Assembly (NCBI GenBank): GCA_028716665.1
Contig: JAQUPP010000001.1
Location: 477,046 to 541,045 of the forward strand
DNA from: Patescibacteria group bacterium
GTDB lineage: Bacteria > Patescibacteriota > Patescibacteriia > UBA2591 > JAQUPP01
Length of the DNA stretch: 64,000 nucleotides
Reading direction: 5' to 3'
Of the stretch, positions 45,647 through 54,724 are shown in pieces. Position numbers and translations under genes: made by a program. Position 1 is the first letter of the stretch. Each line of letters begins with the position of its first letter. The notes beneath the pieces were generated by a model. That model searched no databases and had not been told where the DNA came from. It saw only the letters and a program-made list of their open reading frames with translations.

Positions 45647-47351
45647 GAACAATAAAAAATGGGAGTTATCCCAAAAAATGCCAAATGATTTTAAAGATAA
45701 ATTTCCGGAAATTCATCCGGTGATTTTGCAATTGTTTTACAGTCGCGGACTTAAAACCCAAGAAGTGATTGATGAATTTCTTTTGCCTGATTATTCGCAA
45801 GACTTGCACGATCCTTTTATTTTTCAAGATATGGCCAAAGCGGTAGACAGAATTTATCAGGCCATTGAAAAAAAAGAAAAAATTTTAATTTACGGAGATT
45901 ATGATGCTGACGGAGTCACGTCTTCAGCTGTTCTGTTCAATGCTTTCACAAAATTGGGGACGGAATTTTTAAAAGTGTATATACCAGATCGAGAAAAAGA
46001 AGGATACAGCTTGCATAAAAAAGCGATTGAAAAATTTATTGAAGAGGGAATCAATTTGATTGTTACTTGCGATTGCGGCACTACGAATAAAGAAGAAGTG
46101 GAACAAATAAATCAGGCAAAGATGGATATTATTATCACTGATCATCATCCCACCACTCAAGAACTGCCCCCGGCTTATGCTATTATTAATCCTCAATTGC
46201 CGCGCGAAAAATATCCATTTCGTTCTTTGGCTGGCGTGGGAGTTGCCTTTAAATTGATTCAAGCTTTATTAAAAGATAAAAGATGCTTAATTCCGAATAA
46301 AGAATCTTTTGAAAAATGGATACTTGATTTGGTGGCTATCGGCACTATTTCTGACGTTATGCCGCTTTTGGGCGAGAATAGAACTTTAGTTAAATATGGA
46401 TTGGTTGTTTTGAATAAAACTTCCAATATAGGTTTAAAAGCTTTAATCACTCAGGCAGGCTTGACTTTGGGCGCGCTGGATACTTGGAGTGTTAATTTTC
46501 AAATTGGGCCCAGAATTAATGCCGCGGGCCGAGTCAGTCACGCTAATGATGTTTTAAACTTATTTTTAGAGACAGACCAGGAGAAGGTTAATGATTTAGC
46601 TATACATTTAAATTCTTTGAATACAAAACGGCAAAAGGCGGTGGATAAAATTTTAAAAGATATTAAAAAATCTCTAGGCGAAGAGGTTAAAGATAAAATA
46701 ATTGTGGTTTGCGGTGAAGATTGGCCAGCCGGTCTTCTGGCAATAATTGCCGGAAATTTAATGGATAAATATTTTAGACCGGCAATAGCTATATCAATTC
46801 ATAAGGAAGAAATATCTATGCGAGGTTCGGGCAGATCCATTCATGGTTTTGATTTGGCTAAAGTTTTAGAAAAATTTCATCATTACTTTTCTCATTATGG
46901 CGGCCACGCAAAAGCTTGCGGTTTTACATTGAAAGATAAAAATAATTTGGAAATTTTTATTAAAGAATTGACTCAACTGGCAAATGATAAATTAAAGGAT
47001 GAAGATTTGTGTCCAAGACTTTCAATTGACGCGGAAGTTAGTTTATCCGAAGTTGATTGGAGTTTATATGACGACTTAAAAAAACTTGAACCGTTTGGAC
47101 AGAATAATAATTGCCCTAATTTTTTGGTTTCCAATGTTAAATTGGACAATATTGAATCAGTCGGAAAAACCAGTCAGCATTCCAGATTAATCATTGAGAA
47201 GAGAAAAATGATTTATTTTAACGGCAATCAAAAAATGACTGAATTGAAAATAGGTGATAAAATAGATGTGGTGTTTCAACTAAGTATTAATCAGTGGAAC
47301 GGCCAGCAAGAATTGCAAATGAAAATTGTTGATATTAAAAAAGCTAACTAA
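45627..47351 (+). CDS. recJ: ssDNA-specific exonuclease RecJ
   Basis: 'YGDYDADG', 'IITDHH', 'PRINAAGR', 'GSGRS', 'GGH..ACG', 'LEPFGQ.N'. Confidence 0.96.
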   Translation: MAISNGVNNKKWELSQKMPNDFKDKFPEIHPVILQLFYSRGLKTQEVIDEFLLPDYSQDLHDPFIFQDMAKAVDRIYQAIEKKEKILIYGDYDADGVTSSAVLFNAFTKLGTEFLKVYIPDREKEGYSLHKKAIEKFIEEGINLIVTCDCGTTNKEEVEQINQAKMDIIITDHHPTTQELPPAYAIINPQLPREKYPFRSLAGVGVAFKLIQALLKDKRCLIPNKESFEKWILDLVAIGTISDVMPLLGENRTLVKYGLVVLNKTSNIGLKALITQAGLTLGALDTWSVNFQIGPRINAAGRVSHANDVLNLFLETDQEKVNDLAIHLNSLNTKRQKAVDKILKDIKKSLGEEVKDKIIVVCGEDWPAGLLAIIAGNLMDKYFRPAIAISIHKEEISMRGSGRSIHGFDLAKVLEKFHHYFSHYGGHAKACGFTLKDKNNLEIFIKELTQLANDKLKDEDLCPRLSIDAEVSLSEVDWSLYDDLKKLEPFGQNNNCPNFLVSNVKLDNIESVGKTSQHSRLIIEKRKMIYFNGNQKMTELKIGDKIDVVFQLSINQWNGQQELQMKIVDIKKAN

Positions 47352-47362
47352 GCTTATATACT

Positions 47363-47767
47363 ATGAAACTTATATTATATACAGATGGAGGCGCGAGAGG
47401 CAATCCCGGTCCGGCCGGCGCGGGGGGTGTAATTTATGATACTGACAAAAAAGTCGTAAAAAAATTTGCCCAATTTTTAGGCAAAGCAACCAATAATCAG
47501 GCTGAATATCAGGCCCTGGTTTTAGGGTTGGAATTGGCCAAAAAATTGTCCGCAAGTGAAGTAGATTGTTATTTGGACAGTTTATTGGTGGTTGAACAGA
47601 TGAATCAAAAATGGAAAATAAAAAATAAAGAATTAAGCGTTTTATTTGTTAAGGTTTGGAATCTTGCACAATCTTTTGAAAAAGTTAATTTTTATCATAT
47701 CCCGCGCGAAAAAAATGAGGAAGCGGATAAACTAGTTAATGAAATTATTGACAAAAATACTCTTTGA
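47363..47767 (+). CDS. rnhA: Ribonuclease HI
   Basis: 'YTDGGARGNPGPAG', 'TNNQAEY', 'DS.LVV.Q', 'REKN..AD.L'. Confidence 0.93.
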   Translation: MKLILYTDGGARGNPGPAGAGGVIYDTDKKVVKKFAQFLGKATNNQAEYQALVLGLELAKKLSASEVDCYLDSLLVVEQMNQKWKIKNKELSVLFVKVWNLAQSFEKVNFYHIPREKNEEADKLVNEIIDKNTL

Positions 47768-47828
47768 TATTGACAAAAATTAAAAATAATTTAAAATTAA
47801 ATGCAAATAGTTCTTTAAGGAGGTAATT

Positions 47829-48128
47829 ATGCAAAAACAAGAATGGTCAATAGAGAAACCATGGTGCGTATGTCTTGGATCATCAGGTCCAATATTTATC
47901 GGTAAAGTGCAAGAAGATGATATTGGAGGTGTTTACGTAAAACGCTCAGAAAAACCAGGATATTACAGGGAACTATGGAATCCGCCGTATGTTTTGAGAT
48001 TTGAAACAATAATTGAGGCAATTATAAAATTTGCCAATCTTTCTCATAAACATTTGAGACAAATAAAAGATAGCGCATTATTCTGTTTTCCATCTGAAGA
48101 AGAACGCATTCAGGAGATTAAATCCTAG
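47829..48128 (+). CDS. Hypothetical protein (ORFan-like)
   Basis: TTGACA-16 nt-TAAAAT, GTTCTTTAA, AAGGAGGT SD, terminator at 48145-48178. Confidence 0.75.
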   Translation: MQKQEWSIEKPWCVCLGSSGPIFIGKVQEDDIGGVYVKRSEKPGYYRELWNPPYVLRFETIIEAIIKFANLSHKHLRQIKDSALFCFPSEEERIQEIKS

Positions 48129-48233
48129 GATGCACGGTTTTTGTAAAAGAGGGGTATAGGCGCCTACCCCTCTTTTTTATTTTTAAAAAACTAGAAGATT
48201 GACAAATACATGATTTTCTGCTATTATTTAACA

Positions 48234-48617
48234 GCAGACTGGATAATTGCCCCCCACCACTTTTAGACCTTATTTATGTTTATTTATTATAGAGTCTAAA
48301 AGTGGTGCGGGGAGGAAAGTCCGAACACTTCCCTGGCTTTAGTCAGGGAGCAGGGTAGCGGGTAACGCCCGTCCACAGTAATGTGAGAGGTGCGAACAGT
48401 GACGCCGCAATCCGAAAGGGTTGAGGCTTCCGAACTTGTTCGGAAGAATCCCAAAAGTAATTTTGGGAGTGAAACGGCCAAATCCTTACCTGAGTGAAAG
48501 ACCAAAGGCTTTGTGCTTTGCACAAGGCAAGGTAGGTCGCCAGAACCTTGATGTAAATCAGGGTCCAGATAAATAATTATCGCCTTTCGGGGTACAGAAT
48601 TCGGCTTATAGGTCTAC
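48234..48617 (+). ncRNA. rnpB: RNase P RNA
   Basis: Conserved GAGGAAAGTCC and ACAGAATTCGGCTTATAG (P4), AACAG..AC and GTGAAACGG; promoter TTGACA(48199)-17 nt-TATTAT; terminator at 48621-48649; ends approximate. Confidence 0.92.
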
Positions 48618-48679
48618 AACAAAAAAATGGGCATTCTTGCCCATTTTTTATTTTTTTGATATACTAATACTGTATTCTT

Positions 48680-50056
48680 ATGAAAAAATCAGATCTCATA
48701 TTTTCTACAATTTTACTGCCGGTTGATTATTTAATGTTGATTTTATCGGGTATTTTTGTTTATTATTTAAGATTTGCCGCTTTAACCGAGTTGCGGCCGG
48801 TAATTTACGAAATACCGTTTGGCAGATTTTTTATTACCATTATTTTTGTCGCCTTGACTTGGTTGGGAGTTTTTGCTTTAACCGGATTATATGCTTTGGG
48901 AGAAAGAAGGCATTTTTCTCAAGAATTCGGCAAGATTTTTTTGGCTTCCACGGTTGGGATAATGTTGATTGTTCTTTTTATATTTTTTAATGGTATTTAT
49001 TTTTCTTCCCGTTTTATTATTTTGGCCTGTTGGATTATGGCGATTGTTTTTGTCAGTTTGGGCAGAATCTCGGTTCATCTTATACAATTACTTTCTTATC
49101 GGCGCGGTAAAGGATTGGAGCCGATTTTAATTTTTGGAAAAGGAAAAATTGCCGAAGAAATAATGCAAAATATTAAAAATAATTCAGGTTTGGGTTATAA
49201 AATTTTAGACAACCCGTTAACAATTGATGAGCTTTTAATAAAATGGAAAAATCAAGCCAGTAATATTACTCAAATTATTCAGGCAGATCCTAATCTCGAA
49301 CAAGATCAAGCATTAAAATTGATTGATTTTTGCAATGAACATCAAATCACGCTTAAATATATACCTAATGTTTTTGGGACATTATTCAGTAATATAAGAA
49401 CTGAAACTTTTTGCGGTTTGCCGATTATTTCCATTAAAAGAACCGCGTTGGAAGGATGGGGAAGGGTGATAAAAAGATCTATTGATATAATTTTATCAAT
49501 TTTCAGTTTGATAATCCTGTTGCCGTTTTTTTTGATTATCGCAATATTGATTAAATTAAATTCAAAAGGGCCGGTTTTTGTAAAATTAAAAAGAGTGGGA
49601 GGGCGCGGAAAAAAATTCAAACTTTATAAGTTTCGTTCAATGGTTAATAATGCGGAAGTTTTTAAAAAAGATTTAATGAAATATAATGAACGTACCGGAC
49701 CGCTTTTTAAAATAAAAAATGATCCGCGCATTACCAAGGTTGGTAAATTTATTCGCCGTTATTCAATTGACGAATTGCCTCAACTTTTCAATGTTTTAAA
49801 AGGAGAAATGAGTTTGGTGGGGCCTCGGCCGCATGAACCGGAAGAAGTGGAAAGTTATCAAAAACATTATAAGCAACTGTTGATTTTAAAACCGGGCATT
49901 ACCGGTTTGGCGCAAATTTCGGGTCGTTCCGCTTTATCCTTTGAAGAAGAAGCAGAACTGGATATTTATTATATTGAAAATTGGTCTTTAAGCTTAGATC
50001 TGCAAATTTTATTAAAAACAATACCTGTTGTTTTAAGCGCCCGAGATGCCGCATAA
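48680..50056 (+). CDS. Polyprenyl glycosylphosphotransferase (WcaJ/WbaP-like sugar transferase)
   Basis: 'YKFRSM', 'DPRITKVG.FIR..SIDELPQLFNVLKGEMSLVGPRP', 'KPGITGLAQ'. Confidence 0.95.
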   Translation: MKKSDLIFSTILLPVDYLMLILSGIFVYYLRFAALTELRPVIYEIPFGRFFITIIFVALTWLGVFALTGLYALGERRHFSQEFGKIFLASTVGIMLIVLFIFFNGIYFSSRFIILACWIMAIVFVSLGRISVHLIQLLSYRRGKGLEPILIFGKGKIAEEIMQNIKNNSGLGYKILDNPLTIDELLIKWKNQASNITQIIQADPNLEQDQALKLIDFCNEHQITLKYIPNVFGTLFSNIRTETFCGLPIISIKRTALEGWGRVIKRSIDIILSIFSLIILLPFFLIIAILIKLNSKGPVFVKLKRVGGRGKKFKLYKFRSMVNNAEVFKKDLMKYNERTGPLFKIKNDPRITKVGKFIRRYSIDELPQLFNVLKGEMSLVGPRPHEPEEVESYQKHYKQLLILKPGITGLAQISGRSALSFEEEAELDIYYIENWSLSLDLQILLKTIPVVLSARDAA

Positions 50057-50071
50057 TAATTTAATAAAAAA

Positions 50072-51592
50072 ATGAAAAAATTAGAATTAGAAACAATAAT
50101 CGGTTTGGAAATTCATTTGGAAAGCAAAACTCAGAGCAAGCTTTTTTGTTCTTGTTCCAATAATACCAAATTAACCGAACCGAATGTTCAGATTTGCCCG
50201 ATTTGTCTGGGTCAACCCGGCGTATTGCCTGTATTTAATAAAGAAGCTTTAAAAAATGTTTTGATTTTAGGATTGGCATTAAAAGGAAAAATAAATTTAA
50301 TTTCTTGGTTTGACAGAAAAAATTATTTTTATCCAGACTTGCCGAAGGGTTATCAAGTCAGCCAATACAGTTTGCCTTTTATCAAAGGCGGATGCGTTGA
50401 AATTGACAGCGCGGATGGCATCAGAAAAATATCTTTGGAAAGAATTCATCTTGAAGAAGATACGGCCAAACTGATACATTCTTCTGATGATCAATGGAGT
50501 TTGCTTGATTTTAATCGGGCCGGCGTGCCGTTGATGGAGATAGTGACAGAACCGTGTCTAAAATCTCCATTTGAAGCAAAAATATTTTTACAAGAACTTC
50601 GCACCATTGCCAGATATTTGAATATTTCCGAAGCAGATATGGAAAAAGGACAATTTCGCTGCGACGCCAATATTTCATTAAGGCCGCAAGGAGAGAAAAA
50701 ATATTTTCCAAAAACGGAAATTAAAAATTTAAATTCGTTTAAAGCGGTGGAAGATGCCTTGGAATATGAAATAGAAAGACAAACAAAACTTTGGCAAGAA
50801 AAAAAACAACCCAAAATATCGTCTACTCGGGGCTGGAATGAAAAGAAAAAAAATACTTATCCTCAGAGAAGCAAAGAAGATGTCCAAGATTATCGTTATT
50901 TTCCCGAGCCGGATCTTCCCTCAATTGATTTTAATGAACTTAAAAAAGAGGATATAGATTTGGAGCTATTGGAAAAAAATATTATTGAATTACCCGGAAT
51001 TCGCAAGAAACGCCTTATTCAAATGTATAATTTTTCTTCAATTGATGCGAATATTTTAATTGAAAATAAAGGATTGGTTGATTTTATTGAAGAAACACTG
51101 GTTAAATTAAGAGAATGGATTGTTTCTACTGATATAATTGATGGCACGGAAGAGGAAATTTGGGAAACATCCAAACATCAAATTTCAAAAGTAACCGCCA
51201 ATTGGCTGATTAATCGTCTATTACCCTTACTTAAAAAGGCGGGAAAAAATGAAAAAGATATTTCATCGGAAAAATTCGTTGAATTCATTGTTTTGATTTA
51301 TGAAAAAAAGATTTCAAGCACTCTGGCGCAGACGATACTGGAAAGAATGTTTATTAAAGATGAAAATTTGAGCCAAATTATGGATCATCCCAGTGTTAAA
51401 CAAATTGACAGCGAAGATAATTTAATTGATATTGTAAAAGAGGTTATTAAAAATAACCAAGATACGGTTATTAGATATAAACAGGGGAAACACCAGGTTG
51501 TTCAATATCTGATCGGACAAGTAATGAAAAAGACCAACGGGCAGGCAAATCCCAAGTTGGTCCAGGAATTATTTGAGAAAGAATTAAGCTAA
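50072..51592 (+). CDS. gatB: Asp/Glu-tRNA amidotransferase subunit B
   Basis: 'IGLEIH', 'RKNYFYPDLPKGYQ', 'YRYFPEPDLP'. Confidence 0.97.
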   Translation: MKKLELETIIGLEIHLESKTQSKLFCSCSNNTKLTEPNVQICPICLGQPGVLPVFNKEALKNVLILGLALKGKINLISWFDRKNYFYPDLPKGYQVSQYSLPFIKGGCVEIDSADGIRKISLERIHLEEDTAKLIHSSDDQWSLLDFNRAGVPLMEIVTEPCLKSPFEAKIFLQELRTIARYLNISEADMEKGQFRCDANISLRPQGEKKYFPKTEIKNLNSFKAVEDALEYEIERQTKLWQEKKQPKISSTRGWNEKKKNTYPQRSKEDVQDYRYFPEPDLPSIDFNELKKEDIDLELLEKNIIELPGIRKKRLIQMYNFSSIDANILIENKGLVDFIEETLVKLREWIVSTDIIDGTEEEIWETSKHQISKVTANWLINRLLPLLKKAGKNEKDISSEKFVEFIVLIYEKKISSTLAQTILERMFIKDENLSQIMDHPSVKQIDSEDNLIDIVKEVIKNNQDTVIRYKQGKHQVVQYLIGQVMKKTNGQANPKLVQELFEKELS

Positions 51593-52567
51593 AAATTTTT
51601 TAATTAAAATTTGAGCTTGGTTTAATTTTTTAATCCACTTTATACGTTTGTCGCGTTTAAACCATGTAATTTGACGCTTGGCATAATGCCGAGTGTTTTT
51701 TTTAATCAAATCTGTGGCTTCAGGAAGAGTTATTTCATTTCGCAGATAAGAAATAATTTCTTTATAACCGATTCCGCTAAAAGCCCGCGAATGAGCAAGA
51801 CCTGTCTTTGCCAAGGCTCCGGTAGGCAGGTATTTTTTTATCAATTTTTTAACTTCATCTATTAATCCTATATCAATCATTTTATCAACGCGCTGATTGA
51901 TTTTTTGATATAAAGTCTGACGAGGCAAATTGATGCCGATTAAAAGAGTTTTAAAAAGCGGTTCACCTTTTTGACGCGCCTGAGAGAAAGGTTTTTTGGT
52001 TTTTAAACAAACTTCCAGGGCGCGAATAACGCGGCGAATATTTTCTTTTTGAATGAATTTTTTTGCTTCAGGGTCAAGTTTGATTAATTTTTTCCAGAGG
52101 TAATCAGGTCCGTATTGATTAGCCATTTTTTCCAGTTTTTTTCTTAATTTTTCATCAGGCGCGATTGCCGGAATATCAAAATTATCCACCAGAGAGCTGA
52201 TATATAAACCGGTTCCGCCCACTAAAAACGGAGTTTTATTTCTTTTTTGAATATCATCAATGATTTCTATCGCTTTTTGTTTGAATTGCGCTACGGTGAA
52301 TTCTTGATTCGGCTGTATAATATCAATCATGTGATGCTGAATTCCATTAATAATATATCTGTTCCGGGTTTTGGGCACTGCTTTGGCGGTACCAATATCC
52401 ATTCCTTTATAAATTGTCCGGCTGTCGGCGCAAATAATTTCTACGCCATGCCAGCCCGAGGCTGGTCGGCCTTGGGCCGAAATTTTTTTTGCCAATTTTA
52501 AAGCTATATCAGTTTTGCCTGAAGCGGTAGGACCTAAAATAACAATGAGTTTTTTACGATTTGACAT
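51584..52567 (-). CDS. miaA: tRNA dimethylallyltransferase
   Basis: 'GPTASGKT', 'DSR.IYKGMDIGTAK', 'VGGTGLY', 'YAKRQ.TWF'. Confidence 0.97.
   Translation of the reverse strand: MSNRKKLIVILGPTASGKTDIALKLAKKISAQGRPASGWHGVEIICADSRTIYKGMDIGTAKAVPKTRNRYIINGIQHHMIDIIQPNQEFTVAQFKQKAIEIIDDIQKRNKTPFLVGGTGLYISSLVDNFDIPAIAPDEKLRKKLEKMANQYGPDYLWKKLIKLDPEAKKFIQKENIRRVIRALEVCLKTKKPFSQARQKGEPLFKTLLIGINLPRQTLYQKINQRVDKMIDIGLIDEVKKLIKKYLPTGALAKTGLAHSRAFSGIGYKEIISYLRNEITLPEATDLIKKNTRHYAKRQITWFKRDKRIKWIKKLNQAQILIKKFLA
51801..51830. repeat. 30-nt palindromic element (CCTG..CAGG type) in frame within miaA
   Basis: CCTGTCT-ttgccaaggctccggt-AGGCAGG, encoding LPTGALAKTG on the minus strand. Confidence 0.7.
52451..52480. 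repeat. 30-nt double-hairpin element in frame within miaA
   Basis: CCAGCC-cga-GGCTGG TCGGCC-ttg-GGCCGA, encoding SAQGRPASGW. Confidence 0.8.
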
Positions 52568-52607
52568 AACAAATACTTCATTTATACTTAAAGAATCAGT
52601 TAAATTT

Positions 52608-53369
52608 ATGAATATTTTTATAAAAACATTACTTGGCGAAACTCATCCTCTTAATTTATTGTTTTATTTATTGCTTTGCGCCGGCCCGACATTATTATGG
52701 TTCTTCTTTTGTTTAAGATTTGATCGCCGGCAGCCGGAACCAAAACGCGAGATTTTTAAATTTTTCAGTTTGGGGGCGATTATTACCATCCCTTTAATTT
52801 TTATTGCCGGGCCAATAACGAATTGGGTGGAACAAAATTTGTTATTAAATTCAATTTTAATAATTTTTATTTTGTCTTTTTTGGTTGATGGCCTGATTGA
52901 AGAATTGGCTAAATACGTTTTATTAAATTGGAGTCTTTATCGTTGCCGTTATTTTGATGAGATAAAAGACGGTTTTGTTTACGGTATGAGTCTCAGTTTG
53001 GGTTTGGCATTTACGGAAAATATTCTTTATGCTCTTTTTTCTAAAGATTTAGCCAACGGATCTGTGATTTTATTATTCAGGGGTTTCACCACTACTTTTA
53101 TGCATTATTTGTCAGGAGGAATTATCGGTTATCATTTGGCAATGGCTAAATTTTATAAGGGTAAAAGAATGACTCAGAAAATGTTTAAGTTTAGGGGTTT
53201 GATTTTAGCCATTCTGCTCCACGGATTATATAACAGCATTATCAGATTTAATTTTATGTGGGGTTTTATACCTCTGGCGATTATTCTCTGGATTGTATAT
53301 TTTATTATTGTTTACGAAATGAAAGCGACTACAAACAACCTTCTAGGCCCCACGAAGCCGCTTGAGTAA
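52608..53369 (+). CDS. PrsW-family intramembrane metalloprotease
   Basis: 'DR..PEP', 'IEELAK', 'GLAFTEN..Y', 'MH', 'LHGLYN'; ATG 52608 after TTGACA-16 nt-TATACT. Confidence 0.9.
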   Translation: MNIFIKTLLGETHPLNLLFYLLLCAGPTLLWFFFCLRFDRRQPEPKREIFKFFSLGAIITIPLIFIAGPITNWVEQNLLLNSILIIFILSFLVDGLIEELAKYVLLNWSLYRCRYFDEIKDGFVYGMSLSLGLAFTENILYALFSKDLANGSVILLFRGFTTTFMHYLSGGIIGYHLAMAKFYKGKRMTQKMFKFRGLILAILLHGLYNSIIRFNFMWGFIPLAIILWIVYFIIVYEMKATTNNLLGPTKPLE

Positions 53370-54624
53370 TTTTTACATTGTAAAACTCGTTAATTTTTAT
53401 TAATGAGTTTTCCTGCCCAGGGCCGGTCAGCCTTGGGCTGATATTTTTTAAAAATATTTTAATATGTTTAAAAGTATCAGTCACACCGTAAAGATTATTT
53501 TTTTTATCATAACCGATTATTAACACTTCTATAATTTTTCCGATATATTTTTTATTATTTTCCAAAGCCGTTTTTTTTAAAATTTCATTTAAAATTTCTT
53601 CGCGTTGTTTTTTTTCTTCCTTGGTTACGTTATCTTTAAAAGTTTTGGCCGCCAAGGTTTGAGGACGAGGGGAGTATTGGGCAAGATAAGCCATGTCAAA
53701 TTTTAGAGAGCGCATCAATTTAGCTGTATCGTTAAATTGTTTTTTTGTTTCGCCCGGAAAACCGACAATAATGTCAGTGGAAATGCTGAGATTTTGTATT
53801 TTTCCACGAAGCTTTTTAATCAGATTCTTATAATAAGATACGGTATAATGCCGGTTCATTTTTTTAAGTATTTCGTTATTGCCGGCCTGTATCGGCAAGT
53901 GCATATATGGCCCGACTTTCTTACATTCAGCGATGGTATTAATGAGTTCGTCAGTCAAATCTTTTGGATGATTGGTGATAAATCTTAACCAAAATTTACC
54001 CGGCAAATTATCCACCATTTTTAAAAGTTGGGAAAAATTAACATCGTTTTTTTGATAAGAATTTACGTTTTGTCCCAATAAAATTATTTCTTTATAATTG
54101 TCTTTTAATAATTTTTTAATTTCGGAAATAATGATTTTTGGAGATCTGGAGGTTTCTCGGCCTCGGGTGTAGGGGACGACGCAATAAGCGCAGAAGTTGT
54201 TGCAGCCGGTCATAATCGGCACATAAGCGGTAATAGGCGAAGAAATAACGGGTAAAATGGATAAATAGTCATCGGTTTGTTTGTTCTGTTGTTTGGTTAA
54301 AAATTTTGTTAATTTTGGCAAATCTTTTATATCAAATATCAAATCAAATTTTTCTTTTAATTTATTTTTATCTTTTAAGAGAACGCAGCCGGTTAAAATA
54401 ATTTTAAGATTAGGATTCTGTTTTTTAATTCGATTAAAATTTTTAATCATTCCGTAAACCCGATCTACAGCTTTTTGGCGAACCGAACACATATTAACAA
54501 TAATCAAATCCGCCTCGTTAATTTTTGAGGTTTCTTTATATCCGATATTTTCCAAAACTGCGGCGATTCTTTCTGAATCGCTTTTATTCATTTGGCAACC
54601 GAAAGTGATAAGATTGTATTTCAT
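53329..54624 (-). CDS. miaB: tRNA-2-methylthio-N6-dimethylallyladenosine synthase
   Basis: 'TFGCQMN..DSE', 'GCNNFCAYCVVPYTRG', 'TDIIVGFPGET', TRAM C-terminus; near miaA. Confidence 0.93.
   Translation of the reverse strand: MKYNLITFGCQMNKSDSERIAAVLENIGYKETSKINEADLIIVNMCSVRQKAVDRVYGMIKNFNRIKKQNPNLKIILTGCVLLKDKNKLKEKFDLIFDIKDLPKLTKFLTKQQNKQTDDYLSILPVISSPITAYVPIMTGCNNFCAYCVVPYTRGRETSRSPKIIISEIKKLLKDNYKEIILLGQNVNSYQKNDVNFSQLLKMVDNLPGKFWLRFITNHPKDLTDELINTIAECKKVGPYMHLPIQAGNNEILKKMNRHYTVSYYKNLIKKLRGKIQNLSISTDIIVGFPGETKKQFNDTAKLMRSLKFDMAYLAQYSPRPQTLAAKTFKDNVTKEEKKQREEILNEILKKTALENNKKYIGKIIEVLIIGYDKKNNLYGVTDTFKHIKIFLKNISPRLTGPGQENSLIKINEFYNVKITQAASWGLEGCL
53412..53441. repeat. 30-nt double-hairpin element in frame within miaB
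   Basis: CCTGCC-cag-GGCCGG TCAGCC-ttg-GGCTGA, read as (I)SPRLTGPGQ(E). Confidence 0.75.
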
Positions 54625-54724
54625 ATGAGTTGATAATAAATTAACGAGCCCCAAAGGGGCCCCGTTGGGGTCAACGAATCTTTTACTCGTTAACTTGCCA
54701 AACTCGTTAATTATTTTGCTTTGA

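Noticed and set aside
47363-47767. Alternative genetic code 25 (TGA=Gly)
   Set aside because: Long conserved genes are intact under code 11 and rnhA ends at TGA at the expected length.
48296-48525. Two short minus-strand ORFs
   Set aside because: They are antisense to the RNase P RNA, which explains the region.
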